64,000 nt of DNA, taken from positions 134,923 through 198,922 of the forward strand of contig CACBPP010000001.1 of assembly GCA_902541175.1 (NCBI GenBank), read 5' to 3'. The notes under the pieces are model-generated. The model saw nothing but the letters and a program-made list of their open reading frames with translations. It was not told where the DNA came from and ran no database searches. Positions within the stretch are counted from its first letter, which is position 1. Every line of letters begins with the position of its first letter. Positions 48,247 to 57,438 of the stretch are shown in pieces. A program made the translations under genes and the position numbers. This stretch comes from an uncultured SAR86 cluster bacterium (lineage in GTDB: Bacteria; Pseudomonadota; Gammaproteobacteria; Magnimaribacterales; D2472).

Positions 48247-49257
48247 TTAGGCGTAAACTTTGCCGAAATCATTATTTAGAAAATCATCCCAAGACAAAGA
48301 TTCTTGTTTTGTGAAACCCTTGTTAGTAACTTTACCATCAAGATACATTTTAAGAATGCTACATACTCCAGAGGCAGTCGTTAATTGAATAGCGCTGAAT
48401 TTTTCATTTCCATATATTTTTCTTAAATAGGTTTTCTCTTGTAAAACTCCATCAATAAGTCCTATAACTTTTACAAAAAATATTATTACGTCATTTTTTG
48501 TCCTTGGGACTTCTTTGTCAAAAAGCTTCTCTAAGACATCTTTATTCTTTTTCAAGTGAAGATCGTTGAACAAAAATTTCATATGATTTAAATGGCCTGG
48601 ATATCTAATTGTTTTATATGAAAGATTTTGGACTTCACCTTCAAAAGTCTCACACATGGTCGCACATCCTCCACTTGTATTAAAGGCTTCAAAGCTTTCT
48701 CCCTCAATTACAATTTTTTCAGCTCCCTCTAGAGGCATAACCTTTATTGATTTTCCTTCATAAATTGCATCAGCTTCATTGCAATATTCATTAATTAATC
48801 CGTTTGTTGACCAACTTAAGTAATAGCTCATTTCATTAGTTGTAAATCTTGGTAAAGCTCCAACTCTCATAAGAACTTCATTAACAGAATCGAATTGATT
48901 CATCATGCCAGCTGCACAAATATTAATGGCTCCTGGAGCAAGACCGCACTGTGGCATTAAAATATTTTCTGATTTAAGTGATCTAATGTATTCAGTCGTT
49001 TCAACATCTTCAGTAAGATCAAAGTAAGCGATTCCATTTTCTGATGCTACGCTTGCTATATTTTTGTTTACTGCAAATGGTCCTGCTGAAATTACTGCAT
49101 CAACCCCATTTAAAAAATCTTTAACCTGTAAAATATCATGAGCATCGAAACCATCTTCTATGTCGCCTTGCTTAATGTCATAGTCCTTTTTTAGTAATTG
49201 TTTTAATGCCCAGCCTATGTTTCCACTGCCAACAATCGCAATTTTAGCTTTCATCAA
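48247..49257 (-). CDS. Saccharopine dehydrogenase family protein (probable L-lysine 6-dehydrogenase)
   Basis: KIAIVGSGNIG Rossmann motif, 336 aa. Overlaps an ALDH7-type gene, as in lysDH-amaB operons. Confidence 0.65.
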   Translation of the reverse strand: MMKAKIAIVGSGNIGWALKQLLKKDYDIKQGDIEDGFDAHDILQVKDFLNGVDAVISAGPFAVNKNIASVASENGIAYFDLTEDVETTEYIRSLKSENILMPQCGLAPGAINICAAGMMNQFDSVNEVLMRVGALPRFTTNEMSYYLSWSTNGLINEYCNEADAIYEGKSIKVMPLEGAEKIVIEGESFEAFNTSGGCATMCETFEGEVQNLSYKTIRYPGHLNHMKFLFNDLHLKKNKDVLEKLFDKEVPRTKNDVIIFFVKVIGLIDGVLQEKTYLRKIYGNEKFSAIQLTTASGVCSILKMYLDGKVTNKGFTKQESLSWDDFLNNDFGKVYA

Positions 49258-50617
49258 ATTCTACCCCCTGAGCAAGTGGTAAATCTTCTCCGTAATTTAC
49301 AGTTGCAGTTACTCTTCTCATATAATTTTTCCAAGCATCTGAACCTGACTCACGTCCACCTCCCGTATCTTTTTCACCACCAAAAGCGCCACCAATTTCA
49401 GCTCCGCTTGTACCAATATTAACGTTAGCAATACCACAATCACTTCCAGATTCACTTAAAAATAATTCTGATTCCCTCATATCATTTGTAAAAATTGAAC
49501 TACTAAGTCCTTGACTAACATCGTTTTGCATTCGAATAGCATCTTCAATTTTTTCATAACTCTTAACATATAAAATAGGTGCGAATGTTTCAGAAAGCAT
49601 TTCATCTTCTATTTCCTTTACAAGGACTAATGCTGGTTTTACATAATATTCATCAGAATCTTCAATATCTAATCTTTCACCACCGATTACAGATACATCC
49701 TTAGCTCTCAGAGACTCAAGTGTTTTTTGCATAGAATTAAAGCTATCTTTAGAAATTAAAGGACCTATTTGAGAGGAATCCTTTGAGGGACAGCCTATTA
49801 TTAATTCCTCAAAGCATTTTTCCAAACGCTCAACACAGTCGTCATATATATCTTTATGAACAAATAATCTTCTTAGCGAGGTGCATCTTTGACCGGTTGT
49901 TCCGCAAGCAGAAAAGGCAATACCTTTTATTGTTAAATCTAAGTCTGCTGAAGGACATACGATTGCAGCGTTATTGCCTCCAAGTTCAAGCAAAAGCTTA
50001 CCAAGTCTAGCTGAAACAATTGGTGCCAACTCTTTGCCCATTTGTGTGCTTCCCGTAGCAGATACCAAAGATATTCTCTTATCTTCACAAATTAAAACTG
50101 CTTCTTCGTTACCACCTTCTATGATTTGAATTAATTCTGAAAACTCGCCGCTTATCTCATCCCAGGCTTTTTTTATTCCTTTTGCACACTCATTTGAATG
50201 TGGGCTAGGTTTCCATATTATGCTGTTTCCACAAACAGCAGAAAGACAGAAATTCCATGCAAATACAGCCATTGGGAAATTAAAAGCTGTTATGCAGCCA
50301 ACAACTCCCAAAGGATGCCATAACTCTTGAAGTCTGTGATTTGGACGCTCACTTGGCATAGTCAAGCCATATAGTTGCCTACTTAATCCAACAGCAAAAT
50401 CACACATATCTATTGCTTCTTGAACTTCTCCGAGCGACTCTGTCTTTATCTTTCTGGCTTCTTTGGTTATGGTTTTTGCAAGGAGTTCTTTTTGAAGTCT
50501 TAACTGCTCACCAAATTGTCTTATAAACTCTCCTCTTTGAGGCGCTGGAATTTTTTTCCATTTTTCAGCAATGTCTTGCGATCTAATAATAATCTTGTTG
50601 TACTGTTTTTTATCCAT
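49244..50617 (-). CDS. ALDH7-type aldehyde dehydrogenase (alpha-aminoadipic semialdehyde / piperideine-6-carboxylate dehydrogenase, AmaB-like)
   Basis: GEVQEAIDMCDFAVGLSRQLYG..PSERPNH...ITAFNFPMAVFAWN is collinear with ALDH7A1. Also ELGGNNA and catalytic GQRCTS. Confidence 0.8.
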   Translation of the reverse strand: MDKKQYNKIIIRSQDIAEKWKKIPAPQRGEFIRQFGEQLRLQKELLAKTITKEARKIKTESLGEVQEAIDMCDFAVGLSRQLYGLTMPSERPNHRLQELWHPLGVVGCITAFNFPMAVFAWNFCLSAVCGNSIIWKPSPHSNECAKGIKKAWDEISGEFSELIQIIEGGNEEAVLICEDKRISLVSATGSTQMGKELAPIVSARLGKLLLELGGNNAAIVCPSADLDLTIKGIAFSACGTTGQRCTSLRRLFVHKDIYDDCVERLEKCFEELIIGCPSKDSSQIGPLISKDSFNSMQKTLESLRAKDVSVIGGERLDIEDSDEYYVKPALVLVKEIEDEMLSETFAPILYVKSYEKIEDAIRMQNDVSQGLSSSIFTNDMRESELFLSESGSDCGIANVNIGTSGAEIGGAFGGEKDTGGGRESGSDAWKNYMRRVTATVNYGEDLPLAQGVEFDES

Positions 50618-50661
50618 AAAGATTTACAGCAAATTATGCTCTCCCGATAAATACTATTTTA

Positions 50662-51450
50662 CTATAGTTGTGCTTTAAGGTATTCCAATAAAATGTTTAT
50701 TTTGTTGGATCCACCAAAATATACTGATTCATATTCATCAAATGTCTCTAGGCTTTTAATAAGGCCTCTTAGTGCATCGGGATAATCAACAATTTTTTTT
50801 AATGGTTCAAATAAAACATTTATTGTAAATAAAGAATAATCTTCATGAAATCTACATAAAGTTTCTTTTTCTGATCTGATATACCAAGACGAAGGATCTG
50901 TGAGCAAAGAAGCTTCTTCTTTTAAATGAAATCTTTTTGTATCTCCATGAATAAGCCAATTCTGCCTAGCAAAGGGTTTTTTAATAGGTGCCTGTCTTAT
51001 AAAAGTTGCAATTCTCTCGCCTATCTTCTCGTCTAGAGATTTAACAGGATCATGTATAACCTTTAGTGGTTTACCAATTTTTGTTCTTACATCCCAATAA
51101 CTTGGCGAACAAATACTTGCCGCAAGAAGTTTTTGATCGCCTTGTGACTCCATTAAGCATAAATCATCTTGAATATTGAGGCTTAATTCAGCAATGAGAT
51201 CAGGATACTTAGAATGCGTTATTCCAAATATTTTTCCTAAGCAAATTTGTGCATCAATAGAATCTTCAGTTACTGCAATAACCTTGTTGTAATTAGAATC
51301 GAGTAAATTTTTTTTATGTTTTAAAAGATTTTTACCAATCTTTCTATTTAGCCATTCATCTAACCCTATTGGCCTCAATCCTAGTCGATATTTTTTTTCG
51401 CCAGCACCCCAAGGAGGCTTAGTCCAAAAATTATTCTCAGAAGCCTCCAT
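50662..51450 (-). CDS. Possible DUF3445 (heme-dependent oxidative N-demethylase-like) family protein
   Basis: About 260 aa with a QDDLCLME-type segment. Recognition is weak and from memory. Confidence 0.35.
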   Translation of the reverse strand: MEASENNFWTKPPWGAGEKKYRLGLRPIGLDEWLNRKIGKNLLKHKKNLLDSNYNKVIAVTEDSIDAQICLGKIFGITHSKYPDLIAELSLNIQDDLCLMESQGDQKLLAASICSPSYWDVRTKIGKPLKVIHDPVKSLDEKIGERIATFIRQAPIKKPFARQNWLIHGDTKRFHLKEEASLLTDPSSWYIRSEKETLCRFHEDYSLFTINVLFEPLKKIVDYPDALRGLIKSLETFDEYESVYFGGSNKINILLEYLKAQL

Positions 51451-51476
51451 ACAAATATGAAATACGGGATTACAAA

Positions 51477-51782
51477 TTAAAAAATTTTATGTTTTCCTTG
51501 AAGTATCTCTAAATACATCTTGTAATCACCTATTAAGCTGTAAAAAGGATATTTAAAGGTAGCAGGTTTATTTTTTTCAATAAAGAAATGTCCTACCCAT
51601 GCAAACCCATAGCCCGACAGAAGTGCATATAAGATAAATAAAAAATTAAATGACAGAATAAATTTAATTAAAAAATATATGCTTATACTTGTTCCAATAA
51701 AATGCATCAATTTTGTGTACTTATGATCATGCTCAGAAATATAGTAAGGATAGAAATCCTCAAAACTTTTATATCTTTCCAT
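51477..51782 (-). CDS. DUF962 (Mpo1-like) membrane protein
   Basis: FEDFYPYYISEH..TKLMHFIGT and GHFFIEKNKPATF motifs. Confidence 0.65.
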   Translation of the reverse strand: MERYKSFEDFYPYYISEHDHKYTKLMHFIGTSISIYFLIKFILSFNFLFILYALLSGYGFAWVGHFFIEKNKPATFKYPFYSLIGDYKMYLEILQGKHKIF

Positions 51783-51790
51783 TTTAATTT

Positions 51791-52384
51791 CTACTTAGGA
51801 GCCGCTTCAGGTTGAAACATGTAATAACCCTCAAAAGGTATCATTAAATGCGCATATGGTGTGCCTTTAAACATCTGATATGGCTCTCCTTTTGTAAAAT
51901 CTGTTGTAAAGTTTTCTATAGTTTTTGTGTCTTTTGGCATTAGCATTAAATGTGGTCCTGATTCAATAAAGTGATTCATTTTTATTGCATTCTCCTTGTT
52001 ACCACCATATAAAGATGAAACTCTATTGTCTTCTCCAACATCACCATGTAGCATCCATATATAGGCATCTCTCTCCATATTAGGACTAGTGCCATTTACA
52101 TATGCCTCAACCCATTTGAATCCTTCAATATCTGCGCATGACGCATTTGTATCTTGAGCATCTTTGTAACCATCCTCAGGCATTGGCCTTCCTGGAGAAC
52201 ATGTCCAGCCATTGCTACCCTCTTTAAGAATTTTTCCATCATATGTAGCAACTGAAGCATTATCACCTATAAATGATGGCGCAGCTGTAGATAGTGTCTC
52301 AATCATCCATTCATTTGATTTTCCGTCAGCAAAAGCACCAACAGTAAATACCAAACCAATTAAACATAAAAATTTTGAATTCAT
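51791..52384 (-). CDS. Hypothetical exported protein
   Basis: Signal peptide (…TVGAFA/DG). The 197-aa ORF fills the space between neighbours. No family recognised. Confidence 0.5.
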   Translation of the reverse strand: MNSKFLCLIGLVFTVGAFADGKSNEWMIETLSTAAPSFIGDNASVATYDGKILKEGSNGWTCSPGRPMPEDGYKDAQDTNASCADIEGFKWVEAYVNGTSPNMERDAYIWMLHGDVGEDNRVSSLYGGNKENAIKMNHFIESGPHLMLMPKDTKTIENFTTDFTKGEPYQMFKGTPYAHLMIPFEGYYMFQPEAAPK

Positions 52385-52445
52385 TTTATCTCCTCATATA
52401 ACCTTTCTTTAATTCTAAGAAAGAATCTTATTTAATACAAATATA

Positions 52446-53657
52446 TTAATTAAATGTATTTTCAATATGTTTTGTTATAGAGCGAAACATAGCTATATGA
52501 GCTGCTTTTGAGTACTCTCTTTCTGACCTAAACCTATGGTTTGAAGATGTTTTGGCTATAACAACGTTTGATTCTGGATCAACATATATGAATTGATTAA
52601 ATATGCCGTGAGCAGTGAAATCAGTTATGGGATCCCCAGGAACCCACCATTGATAACCGTAACCCCATTCATTTGAAGAAAGCTCTCCTGAATTTGGCAT
52701 TAGGTGGGGAGCGTCTGGTGTATGAGATTGAATAACCCAATCCCTAGGAACAATTTGCTCACCTTCCCAACTTCCTTCATTCAAGTAAAGCTGCCCGAAC
52801 TTGGCAAAGTCACGCAAAGAAGCATTTAGGCCACCAAGCGCCATATCTGTACCAGTATTATCAGCAATGTAATATGCTTCACTTTCTGTACCTATTTTGC
52901 TCCATATTCTTTTATATAAATACTCTCTTAATGGCATATCGGTTACTGATTCAAGAATCATGCCTAATACTTGAGTATCAAGGCTCACATAATGATTATA
53001 TGTTCCTTGTTCTCTTCCATTATTTAGTGTCTTGGCAAAATCTCTGAATGACGATCCTCTTGCGGTTGCTCTTGCAAACCTGTTTATGTCTGAGCCTGGA
53101 TCAGCATAGTCTTCATTGAATTCAATTCCTGAAGACATTTGAAGAAGATTTTTAATTTTTACGTTTTCGTAACCAGTTCCATCAAAATCATTGAGATATT
53201 TCGAAACTTTATCATCAATACTATCAATTAGGCCTTCATCAACAGCTATGCCAAATAAGGCTGATAAGTAAGATTTAGATACTGAAAAAGCTATGTGTTT
53301 GCTATCTTTGGTATTACCGTGCCAATATTGTTCAAATAGCATTTTCCCGTTATGAAGGATTATTAGTCCATCCGTATGGAAATGATCTAATCCATCAGCT
53401 AATTTTAGTTCCTCTCCTTCAAAAAAATAAAATTCTGGTAAATCATAATCCTTTGTTTCAAAAATATATGGTTGTTCTGATGCGGGTATAGGTGAAGATG
53501 TTTCAAAGATTTTATTAATGTTAATGAAATTCTTGGCTATTGATTTTTCGTTATATAAATTAGCTAGTTTGTAGAGCCTAACAATGTTTGGGCTATATAT
53601 AGCTAAGCCTAAAAGTATTAATGCTAATGCTGCAATTAAAAATTTACTCATAATCAT
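52446..53657 (-). CDS. Serine hydrolase, class C beta-lactamase / esterase (PF00144-like) family
   Basis: FSVSKSY (SxxK) motif. N-terminal membrane anchor or signal. About 400 aa. Confidence 0.8.
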   Translation of the reverse strand: MIMSKFLIAALALILLGLAIYSPNIVRLYKLANLYNEKSIAKNFININKIFETSSPIPASEQPYIFETKDYDLPEFYFFEGEELKLADGLDHFHTDGLIILHNGKMLFEQYWHGNTKDSKHIAFSVSKSYLSALFGIAVDEGLIDSIDDKVSKYLNDFDGTGYENVKIKNLLQMSSGIEFNEDYADPGSDINRFARATARGSSFRDFAKTLNNGREQGTYNHYVSLDTQVLGMILESVTDMPLREYLYKRIWSKIGTESEAYYIADNTGTDMALGGLNASLRDFAKFGQLYLNEGSWEGEQIVPRDWVIQSHTPDAPHLMPNSGELSSNEWGYGYQWWVPGDPITDFTAHGIFNQFIYVDPESNVVIAKTSSNHRFRSEREYSKAAHIAMFRSITKHIENTFN

Positions 53658-53669
53658 GATCTCCCCACT

Positions 53670-54029
53670 TTATATCCATTGATCATTTGGAGCAGTTAAT
53701 TCATCAATTTTGTCACCTGTGTTAACTATTCCTCTTGGCTCAACTAACATTATACTAGCTTCATCATTTGCAAAGGGTCTATGTTCTGTCCCTTTTGGAA
53801 CAACTATCATTTCTCCTGCTTCAAGTTTTATCGTTTCAGTTTTAAATTCAATAAACATTTCTCCTTCAATAACAATAAATACCTCATCGGTATCAATATG
53901 CTTGTGCCAGATAAAATCATTTTGAATCTTTACTAACTTAAATTGGTAATCATTAAGTTCCGCAATCACTTTAGGCGACCATTGATCTGAAAACTTTTTA
54001 AACTTGTCTTTAAAATTAACCTTTTTCAT
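53670..54029 (-). CDS. Cupin domain protein
   Basis: WHKHIDTDEVFIVIEGEM...VVPKGTEHRP, the two-motif cupin signature. Confidence 0.75.
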   Translation of the reverse strand: MKKVNFKDKFKKFSDQWSPKVIAELNDYQFKLVKIQNDFIWHKHIDTDEVFIVIEGEMFIEFKTETIKLEAGEMIVVPKGTEHRPFANDEASIMLVEPRGIVNTGDKIDELTAPNDQWI

Positions 54030-54520
54030 TAAAGATTCTCCTTTAGCTCAACCTTTTTTGTTCCATCGTCATTAAACGTTACCGTTATAGGTTTCCATTC
54101 TTCATGGCCGCATATTCTCATCAAACAACCCTCAATTTTCAAATTCCCATTTTGTAATAAATAAATATTTGATTTAAAAGTTCTTCCCCTTCCTGGGTCA
54201 TATATCCTTCCGCCAGATAGCTTTTTTGCTCCATCAATATATTTGAAACCATTTATTAAGTTAATTCCGACAAGCGTTCTATCTCTCAAAGATTTTTCTT
54301 TGTTGTTATTATCAAGTATTGATTTCTGGTCTATTCCTTCTTCAACAAAAATATGTTCAATGGTTGCGCATAATTCATTTTCGCACTTACTAACCAAAAC
54401 GATGGATTGGGATGTCAACCAATATCCAATCATAGAATGATTATTATCAGCATCTAAATTTGAAGATAAAAATATTGCAAGAAAAGTTAAGTAGATATTA
54501 ATTAAATTTCTTTTAGCCAT
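54029..54520 (-). CDS. DUF2147 family periplasmic protein
   Basis: Signal peptide. GYWLT..., GGRIYDPGRGRTFKSNIYLLQNGNLKIEGC and ICGHEEW motifs. Confidence 0.7.
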   Translation of the reverse strand: MAKRNLINIYLTFLAIFLSSNLDADNNHSMIGYWLTSQSIVLVSKCENELCATIEHIFVEEGIDQKSILDNNNKEKSLRDRTLVGINLINGFKYIDGAKKLSGGRIYDPGRGRTFKSNIYLLQNGNLKIEGCLMRICGHEEWKPITVTFNDDGTKKVELKENL

Positions 54521-55082
54521 TTGTTGTCCTATTTAATATATTTTTAATTTTTTTCTCTAATACATTTTTAGATAAACATGTTCTGTATGGATTGTCGCTG
54601 TAGACAGGATTGCCTACCAATAATTCTTTTGGTTTATTAGATTTAAATCTCCATCTTGTTCCTGTCTCTTTTGAAAAAAAAGTGTATCTGATCTCATCAT
54701 TATTAATTCTATATAAATTGTCTTCATTTACTATTTTAAAGGTTATAACAGCTTCTAAATATGAGCCAAATATCCTATCAATATAATTTACATAAACCTC
54801 ATTATTCATAAATCCACAATCAATATATTTACTTATTATCTCTCCTTCAAACTTGACTTCGTTTGATGAAAAAAGGTCTATTTCTTTATTAAGTAGATTC
54901 GATAACTCATCGCCAACACTTTCTAGAACTTCAATTGAATAGGCGTTGCTGGTTTTATCTATTTTTGAGGAGATTTCTATTGAGGGCGGTTTATAAGTAT
55001 TTTTAGATTCTTCAATTTCACAAGAATAAAGAAATATTATTGTAGATAGAAAAATGAAAATATTACGTGAATGTGATCTCAA
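54513..55082 (-). CDS. Hypothetical lipoprotein
   Basis: With a TTG start at 55082 (TTGA overlap with the upstream stop), the N-terminus is MRSHSRNIFIFLSTIIFLYSC, a clean lipobox. The track's GTG at 55103 adds 7 residues. Confidence 0.55.
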   Translation of the reverse strand: MRSHSRNIFIFLSTIIFLYSCEIEESKNTYKPPSIEISSKIDKTSNAYSIEVLESVGDELSNLLNKEIDLFSSNEVKFEGEIISKYIDCGFMNNEVYVNYIDRIFGSYLEAVITFKIVNEDNLYRINNDEIRYTFFSKETGTRWRFKSNKPKELLVGNPVYSDNPYRTCLSKNVLEKKIKNILNRTTNG

Positions 55083-56116
55083 TCTTCCAATACCAAGATC
55101 CACTCTCTGACCATATCAACAGCCTCGGTGTGTGAAAGTGCTCTTCCAGATTCTGGCATCATCACTCCTGGATCAAGAGAAATCATTCTATGTAATAAAA
55201 TTGATTCGTCCGGTTTGCCTGGCACTATTGAATACTTTAAGCCTCCACTGCCTCTACCAGTTGCAACAGGTTTTTTATACAAACCCAAATGAATATCTCT
55301 TGTTTCATCTAGGTGAAGATAAAGACCGGTTGAATTTGCATTTCCTGTTGGAGAGTGGCAATGCCCACAATTTACATCTAAATAAGAACGAACTCTGTCA
55401 TTAATATTTTGGCTTTCGTCTGTCCAATCAACTGGAGAAACTAACTCCATTGGATAATCATCTATTATTTGTCTATTCATCCAATAAGTTAACTGATTAA
55501 ATTCTCCATCATTAAATTCAAACTTTTTATTTAAGTTTCTGGCTTTTGGCCCAATTGGTGTGATCTTATCCTCAGCTGCATGACATTCCTTGCATTGATT
55601 TACGTTTGGCACTCGATATCTAACATCTCTATCGTTGCCCATAAAGTCAGTCCAAGAAACATTAATTGTTTTTCCAGCAATTTTTTTATATGCCTCGTTT
55701 TGTTCTTCATTCCATGCATAAGATACAGCTTCCCAGCCATTTTCTTTCCTTAATAAAAGTCTTGTTTCTAAAAGATTCATTCCTAGATCCGGATTTCTTT
55801 CATCAACAGGATAATAAAATGTTTTTATTAATGCAGAACCGACAGGAAAATTAAAAACCCAATTCTCTTCATATTGAGCTTTTTTATTATTAGGGACATA
55901 TACCCATCTTTGCTTATATGAGTAATCAGAAAATAGTGTTGATATTAGCTCATATGGTATTACATTCTCATGAGGTATCTGTGCTGAATCATCAAGAAAA
56001 AAACCAAACTCTGATAGTTTTGCTGGAAAAGATTCAGAAATAATTAGATTATCATTAATCGCAGTTAGCCTGGTGCACAGAATAAGCACTAGCAATATTT
56101 GAAATTTCTTTTTCAT
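55079..56116 (-). CDS. Periplasmic diheme c-type cytochrome (SO2930 / HNE_0200-type, TIGR03806-like)
   Basis: Signal peptide and two CxxCH motifs (CKECH, CGHCH). Immediately downstream of a parallel beta-helix gene, the described pairing for this family. Confidence 0.7.
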   Translation of the reverse strand: MKKKFQILLVLILCTRLTAINDNLIISESFPAKLSEFGFFLDDSAQIPHENVIPYELISTLFSDYSYKQRWVYVPNNKKAQYEENWVFNFPVGSALIKTFYYPVDERNPDLGMNLLETRLLLRKENGWEAVSYAWNEEQNEAYKKIAGKTINVSWTDFMGNDRDVRYRVPNVNQCKECHAAEDKITPIGPKARNLNKKFEFNDGEFNQLTYWMNRQIIDDYPMELVSPVDWTDESQNINDRVRSYLDVNCGHCHSPTGNANSTGLYLHLDETRDIHLGLYKKPVATGRGSGGLKYSIVPGKPDESILLHRMISLDPGVMMPESGRALSHTEAVDMVREWILVLED

Positions 56117-56121
56117 TATCC

Positions 56122-57276
56122 CTATATACCGTCTATTACAATCGGCTCAAGTGGATTAATGACCCCTTTAAATTCTTTCTTTTCTGTTCGTATAGGATTT
56201 GAAAATCCTAACATGTACTTTATTGGACTGATCGTTAAAAAACTTACATCGTTATTTTCGTCCACCTTTAACTTGTCGTTATTTGGTTGCCCAAAAATCA
56301 TTTGAGAAATTGGAACAACACCATCCCAAAAAATATCTGGCATATTCCCATCACTTATTTCAAATAATGCTTTTGCCAAATCACCTGTTTCAACATCTGG
56401 ATCAAATCCACCAGGGCCATATATATTGTTATGAACCTGAATCCTTCTTGGATGGGGATAATAATTTGGATCATCTGTTTCATCAGAATAAGAGACAATC
56501 GAGAGGTTTACTGTTCCATTTCCACTCATTTCATTATTAAAAACCTCGACATCAGAATTAGCCATAATAATAATTCCCGTGCCTCTTGGAACTTCCCCAA
56601 CAATATTGCCCTCTGGAGCAAAGTTATCAGTATCATTGTCTATTGATTTGTTATCAAAAACTCTTATATGGTGGCCGCCTTGTTGAGGCAGATCAGGTAA
56701 ATCAAATATTAAAATGCCACCAGTATTATGTGAAGCAAGATTGTTGTATACATCTGCATAGTAAGAATTTTCTATTTCAATTCCAGCTACGTTATATTGA
56801 GCAGTACTATTTCTAACAATAATGTTCTTAGATTGTCCTACGTATATTCCAGCATCTGATGCGCCTATGGCAACACACCCATCAATAAGAACATCTTCAG
56901 ACTCAACTGGATAAAATCCATATGCACCATTTGTGCTCTTTGGTCCGCCTGTCCACTCTGTTCTTAAGTTAATCATATTGATGCCTTTTGATCCTATTAC
57001 CTTTAGAGCATCACCTTTTGCATCCAATATTGCGAAATCTTTTAACGTCACTTTATTTGAAGTTACTAAAAATCCTTGAGCTCCAGACTGTTGATTTTTG
57101 AAATCTAATATAGTTTTATCCAAACCCTCGCCAATTATTGTCACGTTATCTACATCAAGAGAAAGTCCATCTTCAAATAAATAGTAACCAGACTTAATCA
57201 AAAGAGTATCCCCTTCTGACATAAGTATTAGAGCTTCTTGCAGTTCTTCTTGAGCATTTTCTCCTGGATTTATCAC
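56122..57276 (-). CDS. Parallel beta-helix repeat protein (NosD-like, TIGR03805-like); true start probably upstream (see findings)
   Basis: Repetitive G-x-I/V-x-N beta-helix turns (NIIVRNSTAQYNVAGIEIENSYYADVYNNLASHNTGGILI...). Coordinates follow the track's GTG. An in-frame signal peptide lies upstream, up to about 57372. Confidence 0.7.
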   Translation of the reverse strand: MINPGENAQEELQEALILMSEGDTLLIKSGYYLFEDGLSLDVDNVTIIGEGLDKTILDFKNQQSGAQGFLVTSNKVTLKDFAILDAKGDALKVIGSKGINMINLRTEWTGGPKSTNGAYGFYPVESEDVLIDGCVAIGASDAGIYVGQSKNIIVRNSTAQYNVAGIEIENSYYADVYNNLASHNTGGILIFDLPDLPQQGGHHIRVFDNKSIDNDTDNFAPEGNIVGEVPRGTGIIIMANSDVEVFNNEMSGNGTVNLSIVSYSDETDDPNYYPHPRRIQVHNNIYGPGGFDPDVETGDLAKALFEISDGNMPDIFWDGVVPISQMIFGQPNNDKLKVDENNDVSFLTISPIKYMLGFSNPIRTEKKEFKGVINPLEPIVIDGI

Positions 57277-57438
57277 TATTTCTTTTGCGTATAGCTGAAC
57301 GCAAAAAACAGCTATGACTGAGAGAATACATGCCTCAAATAAAAAATTATTTTTAACTTTCCTTAAAAAAATACTAATTCCCCTATATGTAATAATTATT
57401 GTATTAGAAATGTCTTTGAGAAAAAAGAAAAGCTTTAA

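Noticed and set aside
52403-52423. A small hairpin (CTTTCTT-N7-AAGAAAG) between the serine hydrolase gene and the downstream exported-protein gene. I considered it as a possible terminator.
   Set aside because: The stem is only 7 bp with 2 G-C pairs, and no T-tract follows on the transcribed (minus) strand. It is too weak to call an intrinsic terminator.
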